Under the pieces are notes generated by a model. The model had not been told where the DNA came from, searched no databases, and saw only the letters and a program-made list of their open reading frames with translations. A DNA stretch of 63,695 nt, filler included, from Folioceros fuciformis (lineage: Eukaryota), in NCBI GenBank assembly GCA_049999805.1. It is 7 parts of 7 records of this genome, joined end to end, with 100 filler letters (N's around TTAATTAATTAA, not from the genome) between each part and the next. Parts side by side here need not be neighbours in the genome. Positions count along the whole stretch, not along the records: positions 1 to 16,429 come from JBNGIO010001927.1; positions 16,530 to 30,013 come from JBNGIO010001929.1; 5 more parts are not named here. One strand, written 5' to 3'. Numbering within the stretch: position 1 is the stretch's first letter; every line of letters starts with the position of its first letter. The position numbers and the translations under genes are program-made. Positions 13,525 to 25,217 of this stretch are shown in pieces.

Positions 13525-13835
13525 ACTAAATTAGCAAATTGTTACCAACCACTGATTTAGGCTTTTCTAATAGTTATTCTTATGTTAGTATTGATGAGCC
13601 AACCATACTAACTACTAACCCTATCAACCTATTAAACTATTCTAGGTCAATGGATCATGGTTGGTCTCTTGGATTTGGTTACTTATTGCCTCCCAACTCT
13701 TCAACACGCCACCTTTTGGGTGCTGGGCTAATGCTTACATGGTTCTCTTCTCTAACTAAATTAGCATATTGTCACCAACCACTAATTTAGGCTTTTCTAA
13801 TAGTTATCCTTCCGTTGGTATTGATGAGCCAACTA
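13525..13835. repeat. Local direct duplication of about 80 bp
   Basis: ACTAAATTAGCA.ATTGT.ACCAACCACT.ATTTAGGCTTTTCTAATAGTTAT...TATTGATGAGCCAAC occurs at about 13525 and about 13756. Confidence 0.8.
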
Positions 13836-14026
13836 TAAAGGAAATAATAGTGATTTGTGAGTTAGTTAAATATACATTAGTAGTTTCATAATCAATTACA
13901 ACAAACATACTTACTTTTGTATATATTTCATCTTTCTGTTTAATAAAGATAACCATTTTTCTTTTTTCCTCTCGCTGTGTGCTCTCGTGCTCGTGGTCGT
14001 ACTCCCACTTACCTTCCCTTGCGTTA

Positions 14027-16429
14027 TGGTATCAAAGCTTGAGATGATGATTTCCCCACGAGCGCACTTTGCCGTTCTATCCAACTACTCATGAGTAGTA
14101 CCTCACCATGCCAAGGCGCAGAACTGTGATGCGCGCCGCCCAGAGGATTGTCCGTAGTGAATCCTCTTCACCTCCTAGAGCTTCACGAGGCTTCATCTGC
14201 TCGAATTGTCGCCAAGACGAACTGCTAGCAAATTGCCCAACAACTCCGACTTTGTTCTCTCCGTCTGAGATTAATCGGCGCGTCCTTCACACCTCCGCTA
14301 GACATAACAACAGTTTTCCTCTGGTAAGGCGTCCAACTTCTGCTATCCTTGATCGACGCAGAAGGCCGTAGAAACACGACAAGCTTTTGGTCGCGATCGC
14401 CCAAATACGAGAACTGCATGAACTGCTCAGGAGTTTAACAACGGGGATCAAGAGCTTTTATTTGATTTGCCTATCCGACGAGGAGGACAGGCGGCAGCGG
14501 ATTGCAAGCCTGAAGACCTCTAATGGAGGTCACATCCCTCGTTGCTGATCCAATTCCAGTTTTGTAATGCGTCTAGGTGCTCCTCCTCGAGATCGCGAGG
14601 ATCTGGAGCAAGATGGCAACGATTTGGACTTGGATCTTGATGGAGTCGTGCAGGATGAAGGCAGAGAACACGCAAAAATTGCTGCACCATCTACAGTTGG
14701 AGTAGATCCGACAACAGCGTCACAGCGTAGGTTTGGGGCCTTTCACATAAACTTTGGCAACCCTTGGAGCAGTGTGCCCCCATCACTAGGAGGCATAGAT
14801 ACTGCCTTGAGCACTACTGGGCAACCGATTCCCACAGCAAGCTACCCTTTTGACGCTGCAGGCAACCCTGCTGCAGGAGGAGGAAACCCTACAGGGACTG
14901 TACATTCAACAGGAGCGAGTTCGGGAAGAGACTTTGCCAACGCACATCAACAAGCCACTCAAGGAGCAGGCTTTTTCCCGGGCTTTTGTCCTAGTGGTGG
15001 TTTTGCTTTCAACCCCTTTCCAGGGAATCCAATTCCACCGATTCCTCCAGTTGCTCTTGTTGTCCAAGTCATGGCTGCTCCACAAGGGACTTTGAATGTA
15101 GAATTCAAGGACAGAGACCGTTTTAACGGCACCGATTATCATATCTGGGCTATGAGAGTGACCCAGATTATGGAGGAAAACGAGCTTATGTCGGTTGTTG
15201 AAGGGATGGAACCAATTCTTGCAGCCCAACCAAACAATTCTAATGCTGCTGACATTTGGCTTGGCAGAGAAGAGACGGGAGGGCATGTTCCATTCTTCTG
15301 TCTTCCATTGACAGACTCATGATAGCACACACATTAGGTGCTGACACATCTTCAGCACTTAGGAGCAACTTCAAGCTTATTTACAGAGATAAGAGTTCTG
15401 CCTCCCTTATCCTAGCACACAAAGATTTCTTTAACATGCGGATGAGAGACAACAAGACTGTTGAATCCTATATCAACAAATTTCGTACAGCATGAGCTAC
15501 TCTCGCATATTGTGGAATTGTTTTCACTGAGTCTCAAGTTGCTATTGGTTTCTTATCCTCTCTTCCTGACAGCTACTCTTCATTTATTAGTTCACAAAAT
15601 GCTACTATCCAAGCAACAGGCTTAGGCGCTAATATGACTTTGGAGTAGGTATTTTGAGCCCTAATTGTTGAGGAGAGAAGGAAGAGCCTTCACAAGATGA
15701 AGTCTTCATCACAGCAAAGCTCTCGGGTCTTATTTGCATCACGAGGGCGTGGTGGCTACAGAGGCAGAGGTTGAGGGGGCACTGGACGTGGCGGGGGTTC
15801 CAGCTCCAGATAGCCCAACCTACAAAGGAAAATCTTCACCTGCAATTGGTGTAAGATTCCAAGTCACTATGAAAAGGACTGTAGAAAGAAAAAGGCTGGT
15901 GAGCCTAAGAGGGAGCATTCCACTGCTAAGTCCAACCTAGCCACCTCAAAAGGTTTGTCTAAAGCACCCTCAATTTTAGCAGCTTGTTTATCTTCCGTCC
16001 AACTTCAAACTGACATGTGGTTTCTAGACTCAGGGGCAACTAGTCACATTTGCTATGATAAACGAGCTTTCACCACTTTTTCTCCCACATCGGATGGTCA
16101 GCTGTTTGTCCTTTTGGGTAATGACAATGGGTTAGCAATCAAGGCGTCTGGTTTTATCATGATAGAGTTTCCCGACAGTTCATCTCTTACCATATCAGGT
16201 GTGTTGTTTGTCCCCTCAATGACAAAAAACTTTATGTTAGTCATTAAACTAGCGGAGGAACATTCGTGCAGAGTATGTTTTGATCACATGGGTTGTTCAG
16301 TCACTAGCCAAACCACTAGAGCTGACCTTTTCTCAAGGACACCTTTTAATGACTTTACTTATTGAATGTGAGAACGCAGTTTCATCCTCCTACAGCTCAT
16401 ATTGCCAAGAACCTTGATCTGTCTCTTAC
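14027..16429 (+). mobile_element. Ty1/Copia retrotransposon 5' part (PBS, extra ORF, gag, zinc knuckle, protease); degenerate and cut by the contig end
   Basis: PBS TGGTATCAAAGC at 14027-14038. Gag motif FNGTDYHIWAMRV, CCHC knuckle CNWCKIPSHYEKDC near 15840, protease WFLDSGATSHIC. Several stops and frameshifts. Confidence 0.9.
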
Positions 16430-16529
16430 NNNNNNNNNNNNNNNNNNNNNNNNNNNNNNNNNNNNNNNNNNNNTTAATTAATTAANNNNNNNNNNNNNNN
16501 NNNNNNNNNNNNNNNNNNNNNNNNNNNNN
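16430..16529. other. Artificial contig linker N44-TTAATTAATTAA-N44
   Basis: Six-frame stop linker inside Ns. The same construct is at 30014-30113, 35768-35867, 46045-46144, 58771-58870 and 62247-62346. Confidence 0.98.
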
Positions 16530-16744
16530 CAGCCTTATTTAATTTATTTATTTACTCATTAGGTGCGAAACGTCGGGATATGAAACGCTCCGGCATTTCA
16601 TAGAGTCGTGACCTAACTAACCGTCGTTCACGACACCGTGAACCGACGCACCCACTTCTTGCCTTAAGGCCGATCCCGGCCGCGCACAATCTTGAATTCT
16701 TTCTTTTCTGCAATCTTGTTCTCTCGATCCTAGTATGTAATTTT

Positions 16745-16987
16745 CCAACAAGAAGCGCACAGGAAGTTGCGCAAGAAGCTTCCTAAATATTAGCTTAAGC
16801 TAATCTAAACTAATGATACTTAACTAGACACTAATCTTGGACTAAACACATTATTCTTAGCACATTGGGCTTTAATAACCCTACAAGGGTCAGTAGTGAT
16901 AGAAGTTAGGGTTCCTTGGCACAAATCATTCCCTTGGGAGCGAATCATACGACTACAACGACATAGAGGGTGAATGTGGACCTCACG
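16745..16987. repeat. LTR-family fragment related to the solo LTR at 54063-55160
   Basis: CACAGGAAG...AAGCTTC.TAAA.ATTAGCTTAAGCTAATCTAAACTAA.GATACTTAA.TAGACACTA and CATTGGGCTTTAATAACCCTA are shared with about 54775-54923. Confidence 0.75.
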
Positions 16988-17064
16988 GTGTCTCTGGACA
17001 CAAGATTTCACTCCATAGCCCCACCATGGCATCTCTCATAGTTTGCCGATGGATCAAGAGCACG

Positions 17065-19819
17065 GCTCTGATACCATATCACAAAGCACGCTATGGCGGA
17101 AGTTGGTGGTAGAATTGCCTGTGGGAAAAATGAGAATAATTTCGTGAAGCTCAAAAAGAATTTAAATACAAAATAACGTGATGATTTGCTAGTGGCTATT
17201 CGCTAACTAACTTAAGTAAGTAGTTAAGGTTTAACCCTTTATTCTAATAGCTACCCCTTTGCTTCGGTATGGGCCTCCACTGCTACTCCGGCACCGGCCC
17301 CCAGGAAGAAGACCACTGCGCTGTCCACCCAGCCCAAGGCAATTCCCACTATGCCGGTGCCTCTACTAGTCTCATATATCTTGAGGGATAGCCACAGAAC
17401 AGCACCAAAGTTGCCACCTATGGCTCATGCGTTGGGCTCCTAGCTCTCCCATTAGCGCTTCACTGAAGCAGAAGGTGGACGTGCCACTAGCACAGGCACC
17501 CCCTGCCTAAGCGGCGGAATATTCAAGTGATGTCCACGTCGGGCCAACGGATTTTGCTATGAAGTGCCCCACCTCCCACCAACTCGGAGCCCGAGGACCT
17601 CTTGGCTTTGGTACCATGACCAACAGGTGCACCCACGACCAGGGAGGAGGCGGACCACATGGAGCTGGTCCAACTAGCCGCGCAATTGGACTACAATGAG
17701 CGGCACGGGATAGGGCCATCTGCAGTAAAGCGGCACCCCTCACTGCACGAGAAGAAGAAAGGGAGAGGTCCTTGCTCTCCTAGTCCACCACGCGCCAGAG
17801 TGATTCCAACTCTGGCACCCAAATATGCTTAGGAGGAGTCTAACCGCCGCAAGGCCCTATCGCAGTCAATCGTCTTGGAAGACCTCATTGAAGGAGGTAT
17901 CATGGACCCAGAGGCCATGCGAAGGGCCTTATGGATGTCCTTTGGGAGAGTTTAGCTACCTCCCAATTACCGGTTCTACTTCGGTGCCACAACAGAAGGA
18001 GCAACGCAAGTGGCCCAAGGGATCGTCACATTTGTGAAGGAAGGACTGGCTTGGTCCTTTGGGCAGGTCGCTGCTCGGGAAGGCGAGAACATTGCCCTCC
18101 GGAAATGGATGATTGAGTTAGCAAATCAGTTACCTATCTTAGAGGAACGAGCAATAGAGCCTACTACCGAACTCTAGATGGAGTCCAGTAAACACTAGGA
18201 AGAGTGCGACCGATGCCTACGGGAGCTCAAGGAGCTAAAGGGATAGGTCGTGGAGCGGACAAGTGCTCTAGAAAGCAACTCAGAGAGGCACAGAAGGAGA
18301 ACGCCCAGTCCCAAGCTGCTATGGAGTCTATCCATGCGAAGGAGAGACAAGCCTAGAGGAAGCGGGAAACGAATGTGCAAGAAGCCTACAGGTAGCACAT
18401 GGCAAATCGGGACTGCCATCGAAAGGAGCGGAACCAAGCATTTGATGGGGAAAAGGACTCCATGCGCAAGTTGGCTGAGGCGGTCCAGCAATTGGATGAG
18501 CTGCTGGGTAGGCTCTAGGCGGTGCAAGCCGAGGAAAAGATAGCTCAGCACTAAGTCCGGACCCTGAAGGCCGAAATCGCCGGCAAGTGGGAGGACATGC
18601 AGAGCCACGAACATACGTGGGAGAATGAGCACAAGATACTAGTGGGACGTGTCGATAGTCTACGGGCCTGCAGACCACGACAAAAGAGCTGCAAGCCCAA
18701 TTGGTGGACTGCGAGACGAGAGAAGACCACACCAAAGTAGACCTCCTCAAAGCATAGGCGGAGGCCGTCTCTAACCTTCAGCTCCAAGAGTCGACCACAA
18801 TCACCTCACTTGCCCTAGAGGAGCTCCGGAGGTATGTCGCGTCGGCAGCAGCACAACACGCTGACTTGCTTGAAGCCATGTGGCGACTAGAGTACAGAAC
18901 ACTTCATTGGATGGTGGTGGACGCCATCCAACAGCTCGACAGCAGCCACGACTTCTTCCATAGCAAAGTTCTCCAGGTTCTAAGTGAGATCGCAAAGGCC
19001 GTGGCAGGCACAACTACTCCGGCACCTCCTTCGGACTTGCGTACCACGCCTAGTAGTCCGAAGGCTCCAACCCGCGGACTTCCCTCCCCGAAAGTTGATA
19101 CTCATCTCCTGATCCGCTCTCCCCATCCAAGCTCCGCTAATTTGCCTATCTTGATTGACGGGACAGACTCTCCCCCGGGCCCCACCTCACCCATAGGATC
19201 CGCTCCAGCGGCAACCTTCGTTGACCCCACCTCGCCTTCTCATTAAGGCAGTGTCAGTTGTTAGTTGGCTCCTAGCATAATTGCAATGTGAGGGCCTTAG
19301 AGTAGATTCTAGGACCTTTTTATTTATGATAGTTGTCCAAACCTGAAGTATGGTTTTTGTATAAAACCCCTCATGCGATGATTGAGAGGGGCCTCGGACC
19401 TCATTTATTGACTAAGATATGCTATCTTATCTCCTTCGTCTCTCGCTCAAGCTCTCGTCTGCTCATTCACCCGATCCTCATACCCCTCCACTCTTGACTC
19501 ACCAGCATGATCCCACCTCCTGCACTGACCGCTAGAGCGCCTGCGTCCGATCTCTAGGAGCAATGAAGAAACATACGCTCAAGGAGCGCACCCGGACTAC
19601 AATGACCACCACCCACGATGGACCACCGACGGTACGAACCAGGTCGAAGTCGCTGACCCCTACCCCTCGTAGTGCACCTTTTTCTTTCTCCCTTTCTTCT
19701 GCCCATCACCGACTTTGCCTCTTCATCCCAGGCTCCCGTGAAGCGGCATCCTCGAGTCGGGACCCTATCTCCCTCCCCACCCTTTTTCGTTCTAACTCCA
19801 ACCCCCCTTCTCTTTGGCA
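17065..19819 (-). mobile_element. Perfect PBS plus a putative long LTR (about 2.7 kb) abutting a Copia integrase
   Basis: GCTCTGATACCA at 17065-17076 is TGGTATCAGAGC on the minus strand. The candidate LTR reads TGCCA...GTGATA (19819 to 17077). Copia integrase sequence resumes at about 19820. Confidence 0.5.
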
Positions 19820-22554
19820 TGACACGGAGTATGTTAGAGTGGTTTGGTTTGAGCAAGGCTTTTTGGGCAATGGCAATCATGACGACCACTTGCATCCTCA
19901 ACCGTATCTAGACAAGTGCTGTGGCTGGCCAGACTCCTTTCGAGGTGATATGGTGCAAGAAGCCCAACCTTCTTCATCTTAGGGTCTTTGGTTCTCCAGC
20001 ATACACCTATGTTCTAGAGGAAAATTGCAAAACGTTGGAAGACAAAGCCAAACCCATGCTATTCGTTGGTTATGGAGAAGAGGTCCAAGCATATAAGCTA
20101 TTTGATACACTTATGCAAACCATTGTGTTTGCTTGTAGTGTGACATTCAAAGAGCTATTGTGTTCGGCAAAACCATATTTTGACTCCCTTCCTCACAACC
20201 AGGAGACAGGGGCACATATTGATCTGACTAACTTGGACAACCCATCCTCTTTTCCTTAAGATGATGCTCCTTTCGAATTTGATCAAGCATCCACTCCTAC
20301 TATTTCTCCCGTGCCATAGCCAATGCCCAGTGTTGAAGTACATGGAAGTGGACAGGACTCTGAAGGAGTTTCTGCTCCCCCCATTCACTTTGGAGATGAT
20401 GCTCTAGGAGCTCTGCCATTAACTGCTTTTGACCTTGACAATGCTTTCGTCCATGATGAGAATCTAGATCTTGATGCTAGCATGACCAGGATGATGTGCT
20501 TGCCAACTCCGACGGCACTGTTCTTCATGTCCCTAAGTTAGAGCCACCTCATGTCTACCTCCCTCTTGATGGACAAAACCACCCTATGCCTCCAATGATT
20601 TTCAACGTCCTAGGGCTAGTACTTCCATGCCCATTTCGCACAACTAGTTTTATGCGGAGAGCTCTTCTCTTAAACCTGAACCTTGCTCCTACACAAAGGC
20701 AATAACAAGACCTGACAAGCACCATGGGCTTCTCTCCATCCATGACGCATTTCAATCCCTGGTTAAGAATGACACCTGGGAGCTACATCCTTTGCCAACA
20801 GGGAGGAAGACAGTTAGTTGCAAATGGGTTTTTAAACATAAATTAAATGCAGCAGGAGACATTGCTAGATACAAATTGCGTCTTGTTGCAGAGGGCTTTA
20901 CCCAAGTGCCTATAGTTGATTTTATTGAGACTTTCAGCCTTGTGGTCAAAACAAAATCCATTAGGATGATCCTTGCATTGGCTGCTGCAAATGCTTGCGA
21001 TCTACAACAGATGGATGTGTGTATAGCTTTCCTCTACGGTGAACTAGAGGAAGATATTTACATGGAGCAACCTAAAGGCTTTGTCGATCCCGCCCCTCTT
21101 GATTGGGTTTGCCACCTCCAAGAGACCATCTATGGACCTAAGTAGTCAGCACTTGAATGGTATCAAACTATCAACAAATACCCGAAGTTCATTGGTTTTT
21201 AGCACAATCCAAGCGATGCCTATGTTTACTTATATTCCATCGATGGTTGTATTGTGATCTTGGCTATGTACATGGATGACACCATTCTGGCATCCAATGA
21301 TCAGGGTTTGTTATCTTGGGTCAAGCCACAACATAAATTCAACATGAAGGTGAAGGACATTGGGCCTCTTACCTTTCTTTGTGCTTGGTGTTTAGCTTGT
21401 TCGGGCTGTTGGCCTCTAACACTATTATGTTGCACCAGGCTAAGTATATTACAAAGACTCTTTGTCATTTTCAGCTAGATTTAGCTAAACTAATTTCCAC
21501 TCTTGGTATTGCTAGGACAAAGCTATGTGCTGCATAGTGCCCTTAGACTACTGCTGATAAATAAGCCATGGTTCATGTCCCTTATTGCCATGCTATTGGA
21601 TGCCTTAACTTTCCCGTAGCTACAACCTACACCTATCTTGTGTGACAATATGTCCACCATAGCCATGACAGCTAGCCCTCATTTCCATGCTCGCACCAAG
21701 CACATCAAGGTGCACCATCACTTTATTAGACACTTTGTGGAAAAGGAACAAGTCCGACTTCAGTATGTATCTACAAACCACAATATGGTAGATATGCTCA
21801 CAAAGTACTTGCCCGCTCACAAGCACTTGCTACATATGGAAGCTAGGGTGTTAAGGCCTGCCCTCACCTCACCCAATAGCTTCATTGGTTACCTATGCTG
21901 CAGGATATGGTGGATGAATCTCCCTCGCACATATAGTTGCATGCTGCTACAACTTCTGTGGTTTCCACCTTATTATCCTAAAGGTACAGGGTTGGAGGTG
22001 GCGCATTTGAACTGCTCCTGTAGTGCTTCTTCTTTAGTGATGAGTTTAGGCCTATCCTTTAGCTTCCTTATTGCACACGAGATCAATTGGTAACACTCCC
22101 AGTTTGCAACATGCCACCACTGTTCAGTTGCGAAATCATTCCACGTGTTGTGGCAACGCTGGTTTGCCCTTGGTGCACCTCTTGTGTCTTCTTTGCTTCT
22201 CACACAAGTGCTAGTACAAGAGGAACACCGCTATTTCGAAGGCACAAAGCGTCATGCATTGGATTAGAGCTCCTGCCATAGCTGTGCGTCACTCCAGTCA
22301 TCTGACACTAACAGCCTGCTTTTTTTATGGAGGTGTGTTGAACACCTAACCCCATTATAGACTGAGTTAAGTATAAACTGAGTAGCTTATTAGTACAGAG
22401 CTACTTAAGTTTTAGGTTACACAAACAGTCGTGTCTTTACTTAAATCTTTTGTACATAACACACTTTGAGCATAATTATTATTGTCCTTATTTTCTTCTT
22501 GTGTGTGCTCCGATTTTTTGTCATTTTAGAAAGGTCTCAGTGTCTTGCACGACA
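19820..22554 (+). mobile_element. Ty1/Copia 3' part (integrase C-terminus, RT, RNase H, 3' LTR), degenerate
   Basis: Motifs MTRSML..LSKAFWA, TPFEVIW..HLRVFGSPAY, CKWVFKHK..YKLRLVAEGFTQ, MYMDD and CDNMSTI..HARTKHI. Candidate LTR TGTTG...CGACA at 22336-22554. Confidence 0.9.
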
Positions 22555-25217
22555 CTTTAGACACTCGATATTTTGCCAGGCAACTGGAAAGGTTAGTGAA
22601 AGGACGCCTATCACGGTAGAAAGCGATGGCCTCTGTCCATAAAACGCTCCTAGCTATAGCAAGACAACACCACTTCTCTTGGCTCTTGACCTCTAGTCCG
22701 TTCAACGTATGTCTCCATTGTTCGGGGCGGCTCCTCCTCGAAAGTAGGCCCTTGAGCCTGCCGCCTCTGCTTCCGCCTAGCAGAAGCTTTGTTGACAGGA
22801 CCTACCGACCTATTCTTCCCCTTCTAGGGTGATGCTGCCACTAAACCACATCCGCTGTTACACCAGATGTCTACCCTTCCTTGACAGGAAACCAAATTCG
22901 ACAGAACCAAATTGCAGAAGGATTACCACGACACCAACCTGTGGCTCTTTTCCGCGACCTCGCCGGAGAGGTCGTGCCTGTCTTCTTCTTCCGTTGCGCT
23001 GGAGTGCCGATAGGCCGGCGCACTGTCTTCTGTTTCTTCTTGGGTGGCGTCACCTCCACGGGTGACTCCTCTTCTTCTTCTTGTTCATCTCTTGAGCCTC
23101 GTGCAACATCCAAAGCCTCATTTAGGCTGTCTTCGGTGGAGGAGTAACCACCCATCTCCTTCTCTTGGTCACTGCTCAGCTCCTCCACCTCACGCAGCTC
23201 GTCTTCCGAGAGCTCTGGTTGCATGCGCGGCATCTCCACCGGCCTCTCTGTCTGGGAGCAAAGGAGACCCCCATCGGTTGGTGTTGTGCTAGCATCTCGA
23301 TGGACGTGGCTAGGAAGGGGGTTATGGTCGAGTGATCTAGCAATTGCCATGGTGCCCTAAGAGTTCTCTCCCCTCCCTAAGGTCAGTTGTGGGTGTGGCA
23401 GACGTTAGCCAAAGGGGTAAAGCCTTCGGAAGCAATCCTTGGAGGTACATGCTAAGAAGGGTGACCATAGCATGTTTGACTAGAGAAAAGAACCAGTCCA
23501 TTGGCTGTGCATGGCCAACGTATCAGGTAGAGGGGTGTATAGTGGATGGGGACATAGCTATCTCAACGTCTGGTGGGTCTTTAGCCACCTCCTTTAATAA
23601 GTTTGTGTCTTGAGGATGACATCTAGAGGGTCTTGTGAGTGGAGTGGTAGAGTAAAGTGTGGTAGTTGCTTCCAGTATGAAATCAGACTCATAGGGGCGA
23701 ACTCCAGGAATGTTACTACAACGACCACCGAACGTGGGGCTGCTGTTGGGGGATGGATAACCCCACATGGTGTTTGGTACTTGGGTCTTTCTTCGTCTCT
23801 CAAAGGTGGGCTTGGCAACCCGCCTATGATCTCATTTTACTTCCTCCTCTTCCCTCTTCTTGTTCTCCTTTGTTTTACCCCAAGTGCTAGCAGTAGTGCC
23901 TCGGGTATCCACAAAGAACAACAAATTTAGTATTGACAAAACTATTTATAGGCCCCTTTATGCCTCCTTTGTGCACCTTATATCTTGAGGTACGCAAAGA
24001 TAGAAAGGAAGGGTATCTTGGGTAATGCAAAGATTTCCACAACAAAGGAATAAAAGCATGTGGATCTTGTATTCTAGCCTTGGAATAAGGTTCATGAGTT
24101 ATGTAATGGAAAGTCACAATTAATAGAGGGAAACATGTGGTCTTAAGAGTATCTTATTATAAGTTGAAGGATAACCTATTAATTACAAATCCAAAATTCT
24201 CACTTTCAACATTTGCCATATAGCATGAGACTTGCAAAGGCTTCCTTAGATTCTTTAATGTCAATGCGAGGGTCCCCTAGTCTTTTCTTTTTCCGCAACA
24301 CACACACACTAGCATGAGCGTTGTTTTATCCCTACTTCACCTTCATATATGGCTATTTATTCTGCTTTGGCCCACTTCCTCATTTTCCATTTTCAGTATA
24401 CAAGTCATAGAGATACTAGGGCAACTCAATGCAACTAGAAGCATTTCCCTTCCCTAAAGAGAGTATGCTTGTTTTCCCAAGATGAGATGTACAACATGTA
24501 AGAAACTTTGATTGATCTATGCAACTATGTGCAAGAAGGATGAAGACTTCCTTTAATATAGCTAATCACAAAATGTTCATAGTCAAATTTGATTGAACTT
24601 TTGCCTCTTCACTTACACCTTGAACAATGACATTACTCAAATTCAATTGTTTCTCAAATTAAATATTTAAATCAATATAAATTGATTCAAACTCAATTCA
24701 AATTTAAATTTATTTTTGGAAGGATACATTTAATTTAAATTTAATAATTCTTGCAACGTGAAAGGGCAATAGAAATAACGTTTTTTGGGAGTGCATGAAA
24801 TCAATGGCTTAGGCTGACTCAACTTGAATCATTTTGATAGAATGAAAGGGCATCACCATTCAGGCTTTTCGACATGCTGTTAAAAATAAAAACAAATTGA
24901 GTAGAGATTCGTTTCAAAAAGCTGGGGAATGATTTTTTAATTAATATAGAGATTAATATTCTCAATATTTAAGCTGAATTAAGAATTAAACTAAAATAAT
25001 TTCCACAAACTGTTTTGTGTGAAACAAAAGTAGTCCATAAACAGACGCCGTCCAGGGTTGAGATTCCGGTAACTACCTCTGCCACCGGTATACTACGTAA
25101 GTAGCCATTGATTCTTAGTATATGTGCAAGCTAAAGCAGCTTTCCGTGGATCGTGTATCAGCTCTCCATACAAACATCACCGCGAATATACATATCCTTG
25201 GTTAGAACAAGTTTGAA

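Noticed and set aside
16474..16485. TTAATTAATTAA as a biological motif, and ORFs running through Ns
   Set aside because: It is an artificial linker; ORFs containing X runs are artefacts.
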